NCBI GenBank assembly: GCA_964016885.1
Contig: OZ024740.1
Coordinates: forward strand, 237,956,001-238,020,000
Direction of reading: 5' to 3'
Length of the DNA: 64,000 bases
Source: Eledone cirrhosa
Lineage: Eukaryota
Shown here in pieces: positions 24,975 to 37,305 of the stretch (within the stretch, counting starts at the first letter, position 1; every line of letters begins with the position of its first letter). Under the pieces are notes generated by a model, which was given only the letters and a program-made list of their open reading frames with translations, searched no databases and was not told where the DNA came from. The translations under genes and the position numbers were made by a program.

Positions 24975-27109
24975 TTAAAGATGTAAGTTATGATTTGAGG
25001 ACAATTTAGTTGCTTTTTCTACCAAGTTAAGCAACCACATGGAAGTTCCTCAATGATGCAGGCATCTTAGTTTTGACCATCCTCAGAAGAATCAACTCCA
25101 TAGCCTCAACCACCCATCATCACTAATTTCACCATTGAAGCCAGGATATTAATGTCTTGATCATTCTCCTCTGTGACAGATCTTATTTTGTCTCTCTTCT
25201 TATAAGTAGTGAACCATAAATTCTTCTTTTATTCATCACATAACATCTTTTTCTAACCATTTAATGGCAGGATCAAATCTCAAACATTGGCACAAACTTT
25301 TGTAGCAATTACTAAATCTCTGTGCTCGTATGTTTTTCATCTAAAAAGGAGACAGATATCAATGGAATTTATTTTCCTGAAATTAGATTATCTTTAGTCT
25401 TACTTTGTTCTGCTTCACTTGACATTTAATGGGAATGGTGAAGTGTTCTGGTTTGTTTGACATTGATTTCATACAATATTAGCTTTCTTTAAACTCCTCT
25501 CACCATAATCAGCTAACTTTGTGATTTTATAATTGCCTTCTAATTCTCCAGAACAACCAATTTAAGGAAAACATATTGCTGTCCAGAGGTGGGTCCTTAG
25601 ATTGAATCATTGCAAATGTTGTTGCGAATAAGTGACTCATCTAATTATATCAATATTTTATATTGTTTGATAGGGTTATACATAGATGATCGAGCTGCCT
25701 CCAGTACTTGAACGGTATTTAATTGGCCAGCCCTGTAAAAGGAAAAGCAAGATTGATTCAGCAGGATTTGAACTACCTCAGCCATCCACAGCCCTTGTAC
25801 CAATGTTATATAACAGAACAATAAAGAAATTTTGCCATCCTTTATTTCTAAGAGGTAACTGAGATGACAATAACATCTCCAGTGCAATGAAAATCATTTG
25901 TATTTCTTACCACAGTTCCTTAATGGAAAAACTCTTTCAACACCTTAATACTCCTTAAAACTGGAGGTTGATCCATTCAGGATTGAATTAACCATTAATC
26001 ACAATAAGCACAGGCTTAGAGCAAGAAGGGAAGAAGGGCATCTTTTTATTCAAGTTAAATGCATTTGTCATTACAAAAAGACTTTATATATGGAGAGCAC
26101 CATAATCTTTTAAATGCTTGGAGCCTCAAAAGGATTTAATCGAACTATTGAGATGGAATACAACACCCTTTCTCATTCTCTAGCCCCTATAACTGAATTT
26201 GAATTATTTTATTCTGTTTGTGATAGAGAAGGGAAGCAAGGAAGAATTCACGGGCTGTTAAACATTATATGACAGCACTTTAAAAAGTAACTGGGGTCCT
26301 GTTACTAGGTTGACTGAGCGCTTTCGCTTCTTCTTTTTTTCAGGTGATTTAGACAATATACAAAGAGATCATAATATTTACAGCAAGTTAATATAAAGAG
26401 TTAAAGTAGGTGAAAGGCATAAGTATTTAGTTGTTGGTCTCAAGAGTATAGATTCAATCTTAGCTGAAGTTGTTGTAGGGTTTTAGCTTGTAACTATTTA
26501 TGGCACTTTGATCAGAAGAATTTTTAGTTATGAAAGACCTATTCTTTTAATTCCTATGTAAGTTATCTGCTGATGTTGTGCCCACAGCTACTAACATGGA
26601 AACTAGATGTAAAATCATAAACAAAATATTCTTGTAAGACATTATTCATACAGATGGAATTGTAATAGAAGAGCTAGTGAGTATAATGATATTCAAAGAC
26701 AGTGAATTAGCAGAGTTGTTAGAGCATCATAATAAATGCTTGCAATATTTGTTGTGGCTTTCTGAGTTCAAATTCCTCTCAGGTCAACTTTACCTTTTGG
26801 GGATCAATAAATAAAGTACAAAGCCAAGGCAGAGAATTAGTGGTATTGTTAGAACATCAGGTAAGTTTCTTTACAGTATCTGTTCCAGCTTTTTTGCATT
26901 TTTGCTCACATCTCTGCCACTACACTACTCAGCTGTTGCTATAGTACTCTCTCTATTAGTATAGTACTCACCTTTGGCTACAATACTCACAAATCTATTA
27001 CTACAATTCATAGTTCCATTGCTGGAAACATTTGTTACTATTATACTCACAGTCAGCCACAGCACACCCTACCTTTGCATATCTACACCATTACAAACTA
27101 CCATTATTG

Positions 27110-28560
27110 CTGTGGATTGGCAGTATCGGTAGAGTGTCAGACACCATGCTTTGCAGCATAGAGTTATAGCCCTTTACATCCTGAGTTCAAATCCCATTGA
27201 GGTTAGCTTTGTCTTTCATCTTTACGGGGCTGATAAAATAAAGTACCAGTAATACACTGGGGTTGATTTAATCAACTTTCCCCTCCCCCCATATTATTGT
27301 GCCTAAATCAGAAACCATTCTTGTAGGTGCCATTACATTACCATACTACTATTACATAATACTTTAGCCGTTTACTTTAGCTACCACTCACTACTATTAT
27401 ATGTTCATGTTAACATCACCTACCACTACTGCAGCTACAATCCACCATCACCTACCTCTAATGTTACTACCACTCACAATTATCACATGACTATAACATT
27501 ATCATCTACCTTTACAGTAGCTACCACTTACTAACATCACCATATAACCATAGCCTACCTCTGCTGTTACTATAATCTTGTCATAAAAAGTCTACGAGAA
27601 GCAAGTAAATCTTATTATTTGACTTTTATTACCAACTTTATTCATAAAACAGTGATTGCCTGAAAACAAAACAGAATAATATTATTAACAAATTATGAGA
27701 ATGATAATAATTGTTTCTACATTTAGGTAGGCACAAGGTCAGCAATTTGAAGGGTAGGAGGAAATCGATACAGTTTATTACTGGTACTTTATTTTATCGA
27801 CCCCATAAAGATGAAAGGCAAAGCTAACATCAGTAGGATTAGAACTAGAACATAAAGGACCTTAACTGTATGTCACAAACTATGTTGTCCAACGCTCTAC
27901 CAATACTGTCAATCCAACACCATAATAAGGGTTTCTGATTTTAGGGGAGGGGAAAATCGATTAAATCAACCCCAGTGCATTACTGGTACTTTATTTTATA
28001 TCAACTCTGTAAGGATGAAAGGCAGAGCTAACCTTGGCAGGATTTGAACTCAGAATGCAAAGAACCGTAACTCTCTGTGATGAAGCATGTTGTCCAACGC
28101 TCTAATAATACTGCCAATAATATAAATGATAAAGATTTCTAATTTAGGCACAAGGCCAACAATAAGTAGGGAGAAAGTCAATTATATCAACCACAGTGTA
28201 TTACTGGTACTTTATTTTATCAAACACCATAAGACGAAAGGCAAAGCTAACTGAGACAAGATTTGGACTCAGACTGTAAAGGGTCCAAGACTTTGGGGGC
28301 AATAAGAGGACAAAAATAACTAAGTGTGGAGTTCACATCAAGTTAAGGAAAGGGGCATCACCAAAGAAAAGAAAGAACAGTAGGAATAACAAAAATATAA
28401 ATTATAATAAATATACATAACAATAGGAAAAAAAGAAAACAATAACAAATATCAACAAGGACAGGTTTCCCAATAGTGGGAGGCTGCATTTTAGGGCCGT
28501 AACTCTATGCTGCAAAGCAGGGTGTCCGGTGCTCTACCGATACTGCCAATCCATGACCCT
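27110..28560. mobile_element. Cluster of SINE family 2 copies (27110-27320 +; 27710-27915, 27930-28115, 28135-28290 and 28490-28555 -)
   Basis: Repeated GGATTGGCAGTATCGGTAGAG..GAGTTCAAATCC..CTTTGCCTTTCATC..GATAAAATAAAGTACCAGTAAT..TGTGCCTAAA. Confidence 0.85.
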
Positions 28561-28589
28561 AATAATAATAATAGTAAGAAGAAGAAGAA

Positions 28590-31050
28590 GAATCAAAGTT
28601 GGATAGAAAGATGAGAAAGTTAATGACATTGTACAGAACTTTACACCATAAAACAAATATAAACAGATTGTACATGAAGAAAAATAATGGTGGCAGAGGT
28701 CCCAACAGTGTGGATTATTGCATAAGGAGTGAAAGAAGAACACTTGCAGAATATTTGGTAAACAGTGACAAAGAGCTGTTGCAATACACAGCAGGAGATA
28801 TGGGTATAAATGCAGTAGAAATAGTTGGGAAGGAAGAGTTTAATCAAAGGGCTGAAGAAAAGAGAAAATATTTTGTAAATGAGAATGTATGGTCAGTTTG
28901 AAAGAAATCATCATCATTTTACGTCTGCTTTTCCCTGCTTGCAAGGGTGGGACGGGTCCTATGCAGCACGGGCATCTCTCCATTTGTCATGGTATAACAA
29001 GGATAAAACAACATCATGGACGTGGCTTAAGCAAGGTGATTTGAAGCGTACCACTGAAGGCCTTATAGTTGCAGCACAAGACCAGGCTTTTGCTTCGAAT
29101 TTGGTGAAGTGTAACATCTACAAAACTTCTGACAGCTATAAATGGATACCCTGTGAAAAGAATGTGGAAAATATGGCCCACTTGGTAAGTGGATGTGAGA
29201 GTCTTGCGCAATAAGAATACAAGTGCCACCATGATAAAGTCTGTTTGTACCTTCATTAGATATTATGTCATCAATATGAACATGAAGTAATAGAGAATTG
29301 GTATGAGAACGTGCCTTGCGAAGTAATGCAGGAGGATTGGCAAACAACAATATTCTGGGATTATGATTTTCAGACTGATAGAGTAATCAGGCATCACCAA
29401 CTGGGCATTGTTGTAGTGAATCATTGGGATCTTCAAATGCTCTGTGTTCAATATAAAAAGAAGGGAAAAAGCATCCTGTAGTGGATTAAGTCTACCATTG
29501 GAAAAAAACATACAGGAACTGAAAGATAGTGGATACAAATATTTGGGGACTTTAGAACTGGATGACATTTTACATGCAGAAATGAAAGTAAATATTAGAG
29601 ACTCATATTTAAAAAGAGTAAAAGTGATTTTAAAATCCAACCCAAATGCAATGAATATCTGAGCAGTTGCAGTGTTTAGATATAGTGAGTCCATTCTCAG
29701 GTGAACTGAAGAAGAAATGGCAAAGTCAGATAGAAAGACGAGAAGGTTAATGACATTGTATGGAGCTTTACACCCTAAAATAAATATAAACATGTTGTAC
29801 ATGAAGAGAAAGAATGATAGTAGAGGTCTCATTAGTGTGGATTATTGTATAAGGAGTGAAAGGAGAACACTTGCAGAATATTTAGTAAACAGCGATGAAA
29901 AGCTGCTGCAATATGCAGCAGAAGATATGGGTTTAAATGCAGATGAAATGGTTGGTAAGGAAGAGTTTAGCCAAAGAGTTGAAGAGAAGAGAAAAGAAGA
30001 TTTTCTAGGAATAAGAATGCACAAACAGTTTAAAAGAAATACACAGGATATCAAGGATAAAACAACATGGTGGACATGGCTTAAGCAAGGTGATTTGAAA
30101 CATGCCCCTGAAGGCCTTATAGTTGCAATGCAAGACCAAGCTCTTGCTACCAATTCAGTGAGATATAACATCTACAAAACTTCTAAAACCCAGAAATGCA
30201 GACTCTGTGAAAAGAATCTGGAAAATGTAACCCACTTGGTAAGTGGCTGTGAGAGCCTTGTGCAAAAAGAATATAAGTGTTACCATGATAAAGACTATTT
30301 GTACCTTCATTGTCTGTTATGTTGTAAAACCAATACAAGCAAATAGTGTTGGTATAAGAATGTGCCTTGCAACATAATGTGCCTTGCAACATAATGCAGG
30401 AGGATGGGAAAGCAATGATATTCTGGGATTATGATTTTCAGACTGATAGAGTAACTGAGAATCACCGACTGGACATTGTTGTATTGAACAAGAAATTACA
30501 TGAATATTGCAAGTAAAGAGATTGAAAAAAATCACTAAGTACTCTGTATTGAAAGTGGAGCTGGCAAGACTATTTGGAATGCAAGAGAGTAATGGGAAAG
30601 TGATACCAGTTGTGATCAGGGGTTTAGGGTCAATCCTATCGAAACTTCAAGACTTCTTAAAGTGGTTGGGAATACTGTGCAAGATTAGTGTCATACACTG
30701 CACACACTTTAAGGAAAGTATCTGTCTGAGATCCTTGTTTGGGTGTCTAGAACTGGCAAAAACTGACTATATAGAAAGACACAACCGCATTGCCAAATAT
30801 ATGCACTGGATGCTCTGCCACTCTCATGACATCCAAACTTCTGGAAACTGAAAACTGAAACAATACCTATAATAATAGGTGCTCTGGGAAAAAAACACAC
30901 ACAAATACATAACCAAAACCCCAGGGCTTACAAATATATACAACATATATATACAACAAAAAAATAGCACTACTAGGCATTACACACATATTATGGAAAG
31001 TACTATGAATACAATAGAAACAACACCAGCAAGAAATGCACTGCACATAC
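28590..31050 (+). mobile_element. Tandem partial copies of an R4/Dong-like RLE-type LINE
   Basis: RLYMK..GGRG, WLKQGDLK..TEGLIVAAQDQA, CRLCEKNLENVTHLVSGC and ILWDYDFQTDR occur twice (28590-29440, 29440-30710); preceded by (AAT)n(AAG)n; a short RTE tail is inserted near 28905-28990. Confidence 0.85.
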
Positions 31051-31114
31051 CCAAGACACACAGAGCTGTGCTCGGTAAAGTAGTAATGATGTGCAATAAA
31101 AATAATAATGACGA

Positions 31115-31720
31115 CGGCAATAATAATAATAATAATAATGGTTTCTTTATTAACCACAAAGTTTTCCATCAACAAAAACATTATGACAGTACAGGATGAA
31201 AACATAAAGTGTGTGTATGTGTGTGTGTGTGTGTGTGCAAACAAATTCTAACAATGTTAAAAACAAGATAACAATAAAATTAAAACAAAGATGGTTTCTC
31301 AATAGGGAGGAGACGCTCGGGAGTCATTCGTGGAAAAAACCCCATAAAACCACAGATGCTCTGATCTTTAGGGTAAGTTCCTTGTCCCAGTTGTACTCCT
31401 CCAATCAACAGGCTTACACTCAGAGTGGGCCCATTTACTCAGGCCATGCTTGCTTCTCTCACCCACCTTTCAAGGACATCATCGCACTAACCCACTAACT
31501 CTTTATAAAACGCTAAGGTAGAGTTTCTACCGATTCTACTGCCCGATTGATTGAAGGCTGTGAGTGCTTGAAAACATTCCAGTCTCCCTCTTGGTCTTCA
31601 CTTGACCCAAGATTACAGCTCCATCAAGGAGACAAGCTAGGAAAAAATGCATCTAGCAAATGGCAACTACATTTGTTCCCCATCAAGGAAAAGTTAGAGA
31701 ATCAGGAAGGAATGCTAGTG
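31115..31720 (-). mobile_element. Tx1 3'-end and internal fragments
   Basis: Minus strand GTGGTTAATAAAGAAACC(ATT)n near 31155; 31415-31700 matches parts of 15320-16150. Confidence 0.65.
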
Positions 31721-32543
31721 GAGATTACGTGCTGTCGTGAAAACAGAGTTAACTCAAGAAATAAATTATCTGCCATAAATACACTTGCAATCTCACTTGT
31801 CACCTACAGTTTCAATATTATAAATTGGAATGATTATGGCAATTGATGTCAGCTCCCTGCTTTTCATGGATACTACGGAAATCTTAGGACAAAAAAAGAC
31901 TTTTCATTGTCTTCATTCAAAAATCAACAAAACTTTACAATCGATTTTGCATTGTCTTAGCTTTCTTAAAACAAATCATTTTCTACATTATATACTATAC
32001 ACAATACTTCAAGCAAACTACAGCATTCTGTTAACAATAATTATATCTTGTAATACATGAGTAGTCAGAAATTAATCAGAACATGAAATTATTACTTACA
32101 TTACTAATTATACCTATACAGCTGTTTCAAACCATAAAGAAAAATATCCTAATTACTGTAGATAAAATAATCAAGATAATTAGCAAAATCAGTATGTATG
32201 TCTTTTAGTACTACAAAGTATAAGATATCGGTTGGGAGTTCAGTTGAAATCTGACTCATATGTGTTGTTAAGTTAAGCAAGTAACATCATACTGGAATAA
32301 ACCAGACAGTGTGTGCTTTTTAACATCAAATGAACAACAAAGTGGCTTATAGGAGAGCTAGAAATAGCTCACCAACTCCTTCAAGTAGAGCAGCTCATCC
32401 AACTATCAGAGCAGTACATAAAACAGGCATAAATAAATTGAAATAAAAACATCTTGATTTCATTTAGAGGCAGAAAATATCATATTCCAGAACATACTCA
32501 TATGATAACATTACGGAAACAACAATATATTTTGTAATACATA

Positions 32544-32741
32544 CAATAGTCGGCTGAAAAGTTCATAGGCTAACCAAGATACTCTCAGGGAATGACCAAA
32601 TGAGGTTTATTTTTCAACATAATCCCTAGAAAGAAACAATGAACTTGTTAAAAAGAAAGGTTGAAATTAATGCATCCAAAATTTCACAGCTCTAGCATCA
32701 ATTCTTCATAGTCAGTCTATGAAATTTTCATACGACTCTCA
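32544..32741. mobile_element. Tc1/mariner-type MITE
   Basis: Imperfect TIR (AGTCGGCTGAAAAGTTCATAGGCT vs AGTCGTATGAAAATTTCATAGACT) with TA on both sides. Confidence 0.65.
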
Positions 32742-32853
32742 TATGACTAGGCAGAAATATATATATGTATGTGTGTTTATGTGTTTGTGTGTGTGTGTGC
32801 ACGTGTGTGTGTATTTGTGCATGTTTGTTTTTAAGTATTTTTGTATGCATATG

Positions 32854-32855
<2 letters not shown>

Positions 32856-32926
<71 letters not shown>

Positions 32927-33453
32927 ATATCTATGCTAAATCAAAATGTCTTTTGTTATGTGTATTGCTCCAGTCTCATATGAAAGTTATCTATCAACAA
33001 GGAATCTAGGTAATTGAATTAAATTGTCATCTTGTAATTCTACTTATATCATTTTATCCAGCGATTTTGCCTAGTCATTCTATTAACTCAGACAAATTCA
33101 GATTTATTACTATTCTTGAAGACAAGAGCCAGAAGCAGTATAAAAAAATGGACAGTTAAGTAATCACTTTATGGTCACTGTAAAAAATCTTGTAGTATTT
33201 GAAAGCGTTAGATATACCAGAAGCCAGTGCAAATAAATCTAATATTATAACTATTAGTTACTGATAGTAAGAGTAATGAAATAAAGTTTAATAAATATAA
33301 ACATAGGATCTATACAGGTTTGTCTGTGTGGTAAAGAAGTTTGCTTTATAATTGTGTGGCTCGGGTGTTTTTATCCCATACCATAGCCTCAGTTTGACCC
33401 ATGCCAACTGAGTAAGATTGATAAATAGAAACTGTTCCACCCCCATAGTGCGG

Positions 33454-33541
<88 letters not shown>

Positions 33542-33764
33542 GTGTGTGAATGTGTGTGTGTGTGCATGTGTGTGTGTGATTGTACATGTGTGTGTGTGTG
33601 TGTGTGTGTGCATGTGTGTGTGTGATTGTGCATGTGTGTGTGTGTGTGCATGTGTGTGTGTGAATGTGTGTTTGTGTGTGCATGTGTGATTGTGCATGTG
33701 TGTGTGTGTGTGAATGTGTGTTTGTGTGTGCATGTGTGTGTGTGATTGTGCATGTGTGTGTGTA

Positions 33765-33823
<59 letters not shown>

Positions 33824-33875
33824 GTGTTTGTGTGTGCATGTGTGTGTGTGATTGTGCATGTATATGTGTGTGTGA
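32856..33875. repeat. (TG)n microsatellites (32856-32925; compound tract 33458-33875)
   Basis: Direct reading. Confidence 0.97.
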
Positions 33876-34785
33876 GTCTGTCTGTATCTATCTCTTTACT
33901 TCACATTTGACATTGTCTAATAAACTTGGAGCTATAACAGAAAAATCTTGATGGTGCCATTATCTAATTACGATAGAGAGTGTGTGACCATGAAACATAT
34001 ACATATACACCAGGTCTGAACACAAAGGAACTAAACTCCCACTGTCACTGCCTCCATCTCTCTCACTCTCCCCATCCCTCACTATTATGAGAAAATGGGG
34101 GGGGGGCTACATGCTGGCTCCCCCATAGCCCCAGTGGACAGTGGACAGAATAGAGAAGGTGTTTCTCTTGAGGATGGTGAGGGAGATGCACTGGATGAGC
34201 CATTCCTGTTGGCAGTGATGCTTGTATATATCCCTCATAAACCTCCACTTGAAAAGTCTCATTCAACCTATGATGGCATGAAAAAACAGATGGAAAAACG
34301 ATGATGACGAAAGAAAAAATCCATGGATACTGAATGGAATTTTTAGTTTCTCTGAGAAAAAAGCAATTGTGAGTGAACAGTTGAAATTTAAAGATTTAGA
34401 GAATAGAAGGAAAAATCTTTAAAAACAAATATTCAACCTTACAATTAAATTATTAGAAAATATAAATGAAATTCTGAACTTAACCATTACTCTAGCTTAT
34501 TTTCCCTCTCCAAAAATTATATTAAAGAAAGGTGATGAACTCACAACCAAGCTTGTAAAAGAAAATTGAAATCAAATTCATCGCTTGATTATTTTATTAG
34601 TAATGACGATGGAAGAAAAATGGAAGATCCAAAGTAAAAACATTTTAATAGATATTTTTCTTGTATAAAAAATACACTCAATTTCTCCTCAAATGGCTGC
34701 TAGCATCTTTTAGCCAATATACTTCTTTCTTAACTTTTTAGTCTATTTCTCTAGAGGAAACTGTCAACATTATTAATATTTTAAA

Positions 34786-35004
34786 CATTTTGTTACAGCT
34801 ACTACTACTGATATAATGTTATTATCAGAACCTAAGGGTGGTGGATTGGCAGTATCGGTAGAGGGTTGGACGCCATGCGTCCCTTTACGATCTGAGTTCA
34901 AATCCTGCCAAGGTTGACTTTGCCTTTCATCCTTACGGGGTCGATAAAATAAAGTACCAGTAATGCACTGGGTAATTGCTGGCCTTGTGCCTAAAGTAGA
35001 AACA
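34786..35004 (+). mobile_element. SINE family 2 copy with 17-bp TSD
   Basis: ATTATTAATATTTTAAA at 34769-34785 and 35005-35021; about 50 bp of extra sequence precedes the SINE head at ~34836. Confidence 0.8.
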
Positions 35005-35084
35005 ATTATTAATATTTTAAATCTGAAGCTGAGTTCTGGTTATGAAATCAATCCTTCCAAACATATTTTCAAAAAATTATGATA

Positions 35085-35270
35085 AAAATTATTTATAAAC
35101 TATCAACTAATTTCTTTACTTCCAAGCATCTCTAAAGTATTTGAAAAAGCTATCTTTCTTCAATTTTATTTTTTTCTCAAAACGGAAATGACTTCATTTT
35201 CTGAAGCCAGTATGGTTTTTGCAAAAGACAATCCACAGAATGTACATCCATAGAATTGACAGAATAAATT
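35085..35270 (+). mobile_element. Ancient CR1/L2-like RT fragment
   Basis: ISLLPSISKVFEK..QYGF..RQSTE motif remnants. Confidence 0.5.
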
Positions 35271-36244
35271 TTACCTGAAAACTTGCTCCAATCATGGGCT
35301 TCAGCCAGATGAAAGGTAACATGGTCATGGAATAATACTGTAGAAAGAGCCATAAAAGTTTTTTATTTAATAAGAAAGGCCTAGTAAGTCAGAAAAAATG
35401 GAAGTAGCAAACAATAATATCAAGTAGCTAGAAGAGTGGCTAGATGGCAAGTTTACATTGCACAGAGTAAAGCTGAAAGCAAAAAGTTTGACAATATTCT
35501 GTAATAGAAAGATCAGATGTGAGAGGGATTCTGGGTTGTAGTGCATCAGTGTATATCATGATATCATTGGGGAAAATTGAGTTTGAAATGTTAATGGTGT
35601 GCTTAGACTTACTGATGCTCAGAAGAAAGAGGCTTAGGAATGTTACTGTATGAGGTTGCTGAATGTGGAGAGTGAACAGAAGGATGGGAAGTATCCCTAG
35701 TAGAGCCAACAGTATAATGATTTATTGAAGTTGATAGTTATATGATTAACCTTTAGAGCGGTGGAGGTGACAAAATGCACTATAGAGTAATTTCCCCTTA
35801 ATAGATAATGCAGTGTCATGGGAAGCAACTCATACAAATTACTAGATTAAAGAAGAGATGTAAAATATGAAAAAGGTAAAATCTACCAAACTGTTAGGGA
35901 TAGTTGCTGAGATACTGTGAATAAGAGCTAGTCTCTTCCATTGTCAACTAGGTAACACATGATGATATCATAGATATCATACTTTTAGCCATTTAGTGTT
36001 GATGGTATGCAATTTTTAAACAGCTGAAAATATTTTATCCACATGCTTCTCCCGGAAAAAGATAAAATATAATGACAGTTTCAAGTAGAGTTGCTGTGCC
36101 TACAAGTGTTCGAGAAAAAGTGTCATAGAGGTTTTAATATAGAATAAATGCAAAGCTGAAAATAATATGTAGCTTCTCTTAGAATAATGAGATATAAGAA
36201 CTTGCCTGAAACGGAAAATTACTTAGAAAGATAGGTCATCAAAG

Positions 36245-37305
36245 TCATTATCATCATCATCATCATCGTTTAACGTCCATCTTCCACGCTTACATGGGTT
36301 TGAACGGGAATTTTCCCACTTGAGGCAAGATTGGTTGTCTTGCTCATATAGGACTGTCTGGCGAGTTTACTACGGCTGGATGCCCTTCTTAACACCAACC
36401 ACATTTACAGTGTGGACTGGGAGGTTTTAACCGTGTTACCTACATGGCCACATTACAGCGTGGACTGTGTTTTTTTTTGTCATGACACCTACACGACCTC
36501 ATTTATTTCGGACTGGATGTTATGGTACCAACATAACTTTACATTGTTGGAGGGGTGGTGTGGATGGGGTGGGGATGGGGTGGGACGCGGGTGTATTTTT
36601 TTTAGAGGTGCCTACTGACTGTAGGTTTCGCTTTGTACTTAGGCAAGGCGGGTCTTCTGTGCTACTGTGTAGCGCCAAAGATCTCGGTCCAGTGACATTG
36701 TCTTGGAGAGGTGTAAGTGTGTGAGGTCGGAATTTATCAAATCGTCCCAGGTTTTTCTGGGTCTGCCCACTCCGTGGCTACCGTCTATTTTTATCACCCT
36801 GCACTTTTTTTATACAGCTGTCGTCTTTCATACGCATCACGTGACCGTACCAACGTAGTCTTCTCTCGAGTAAACAACATCTGATCCCTCTTATTCCTAA
36901 TTTCTCCCTTAGTTCATTTATGCTTTGCCGTTCACGTATATTACTATTACACATCCAACGGAGCATGCAAGCTTCATTCCTCTCCAGTCTGCGTATATCC
37001 TCTGCACACAATGCCCAAGTCTCACTGCCATGTAACATTGCTGTTCGTATGCAGGCATCATACAGTCTGCCTTTCATTTTTAGAGAGAACCCTTTAGCGG
37101 CCAATAGTGGTATAAGCTCTCTGAACTTTTTCCATCCCGTTCGGACTCTAGCTACTGTACTTTCAGAGCACCCTCCACCACTGCTGATTTTGTCACCCAG
37201 GTAACGGAAGGTGTCCACTATTTCTATAGAACCATCTGTGCAATGGAATGAGCTAGTATTCTGTGGGCACTTGCTGCTACTTATTGCACCTCAGCACCGG
37301 CCACA
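36245..37305 (-). mobile_element. RTE LINE 3' portion with 3' UTR and (ATG)n tail
   Basis: DTFRYLGDKISSGGG..MLHGSETW..RRLRWYGHVMRM; 3' UTR with GGTGTTAAGAAGGGCATCC; ends GGACGTTAAACG(ATG)n. Confidence 0.9.

Noticed and set aside
32719-33951. HT/CV/YI-repeat ORFs here and throughout the window
   Set aside because: They are translations of (CA)n, (TG)n and (TA)n microsatellites.
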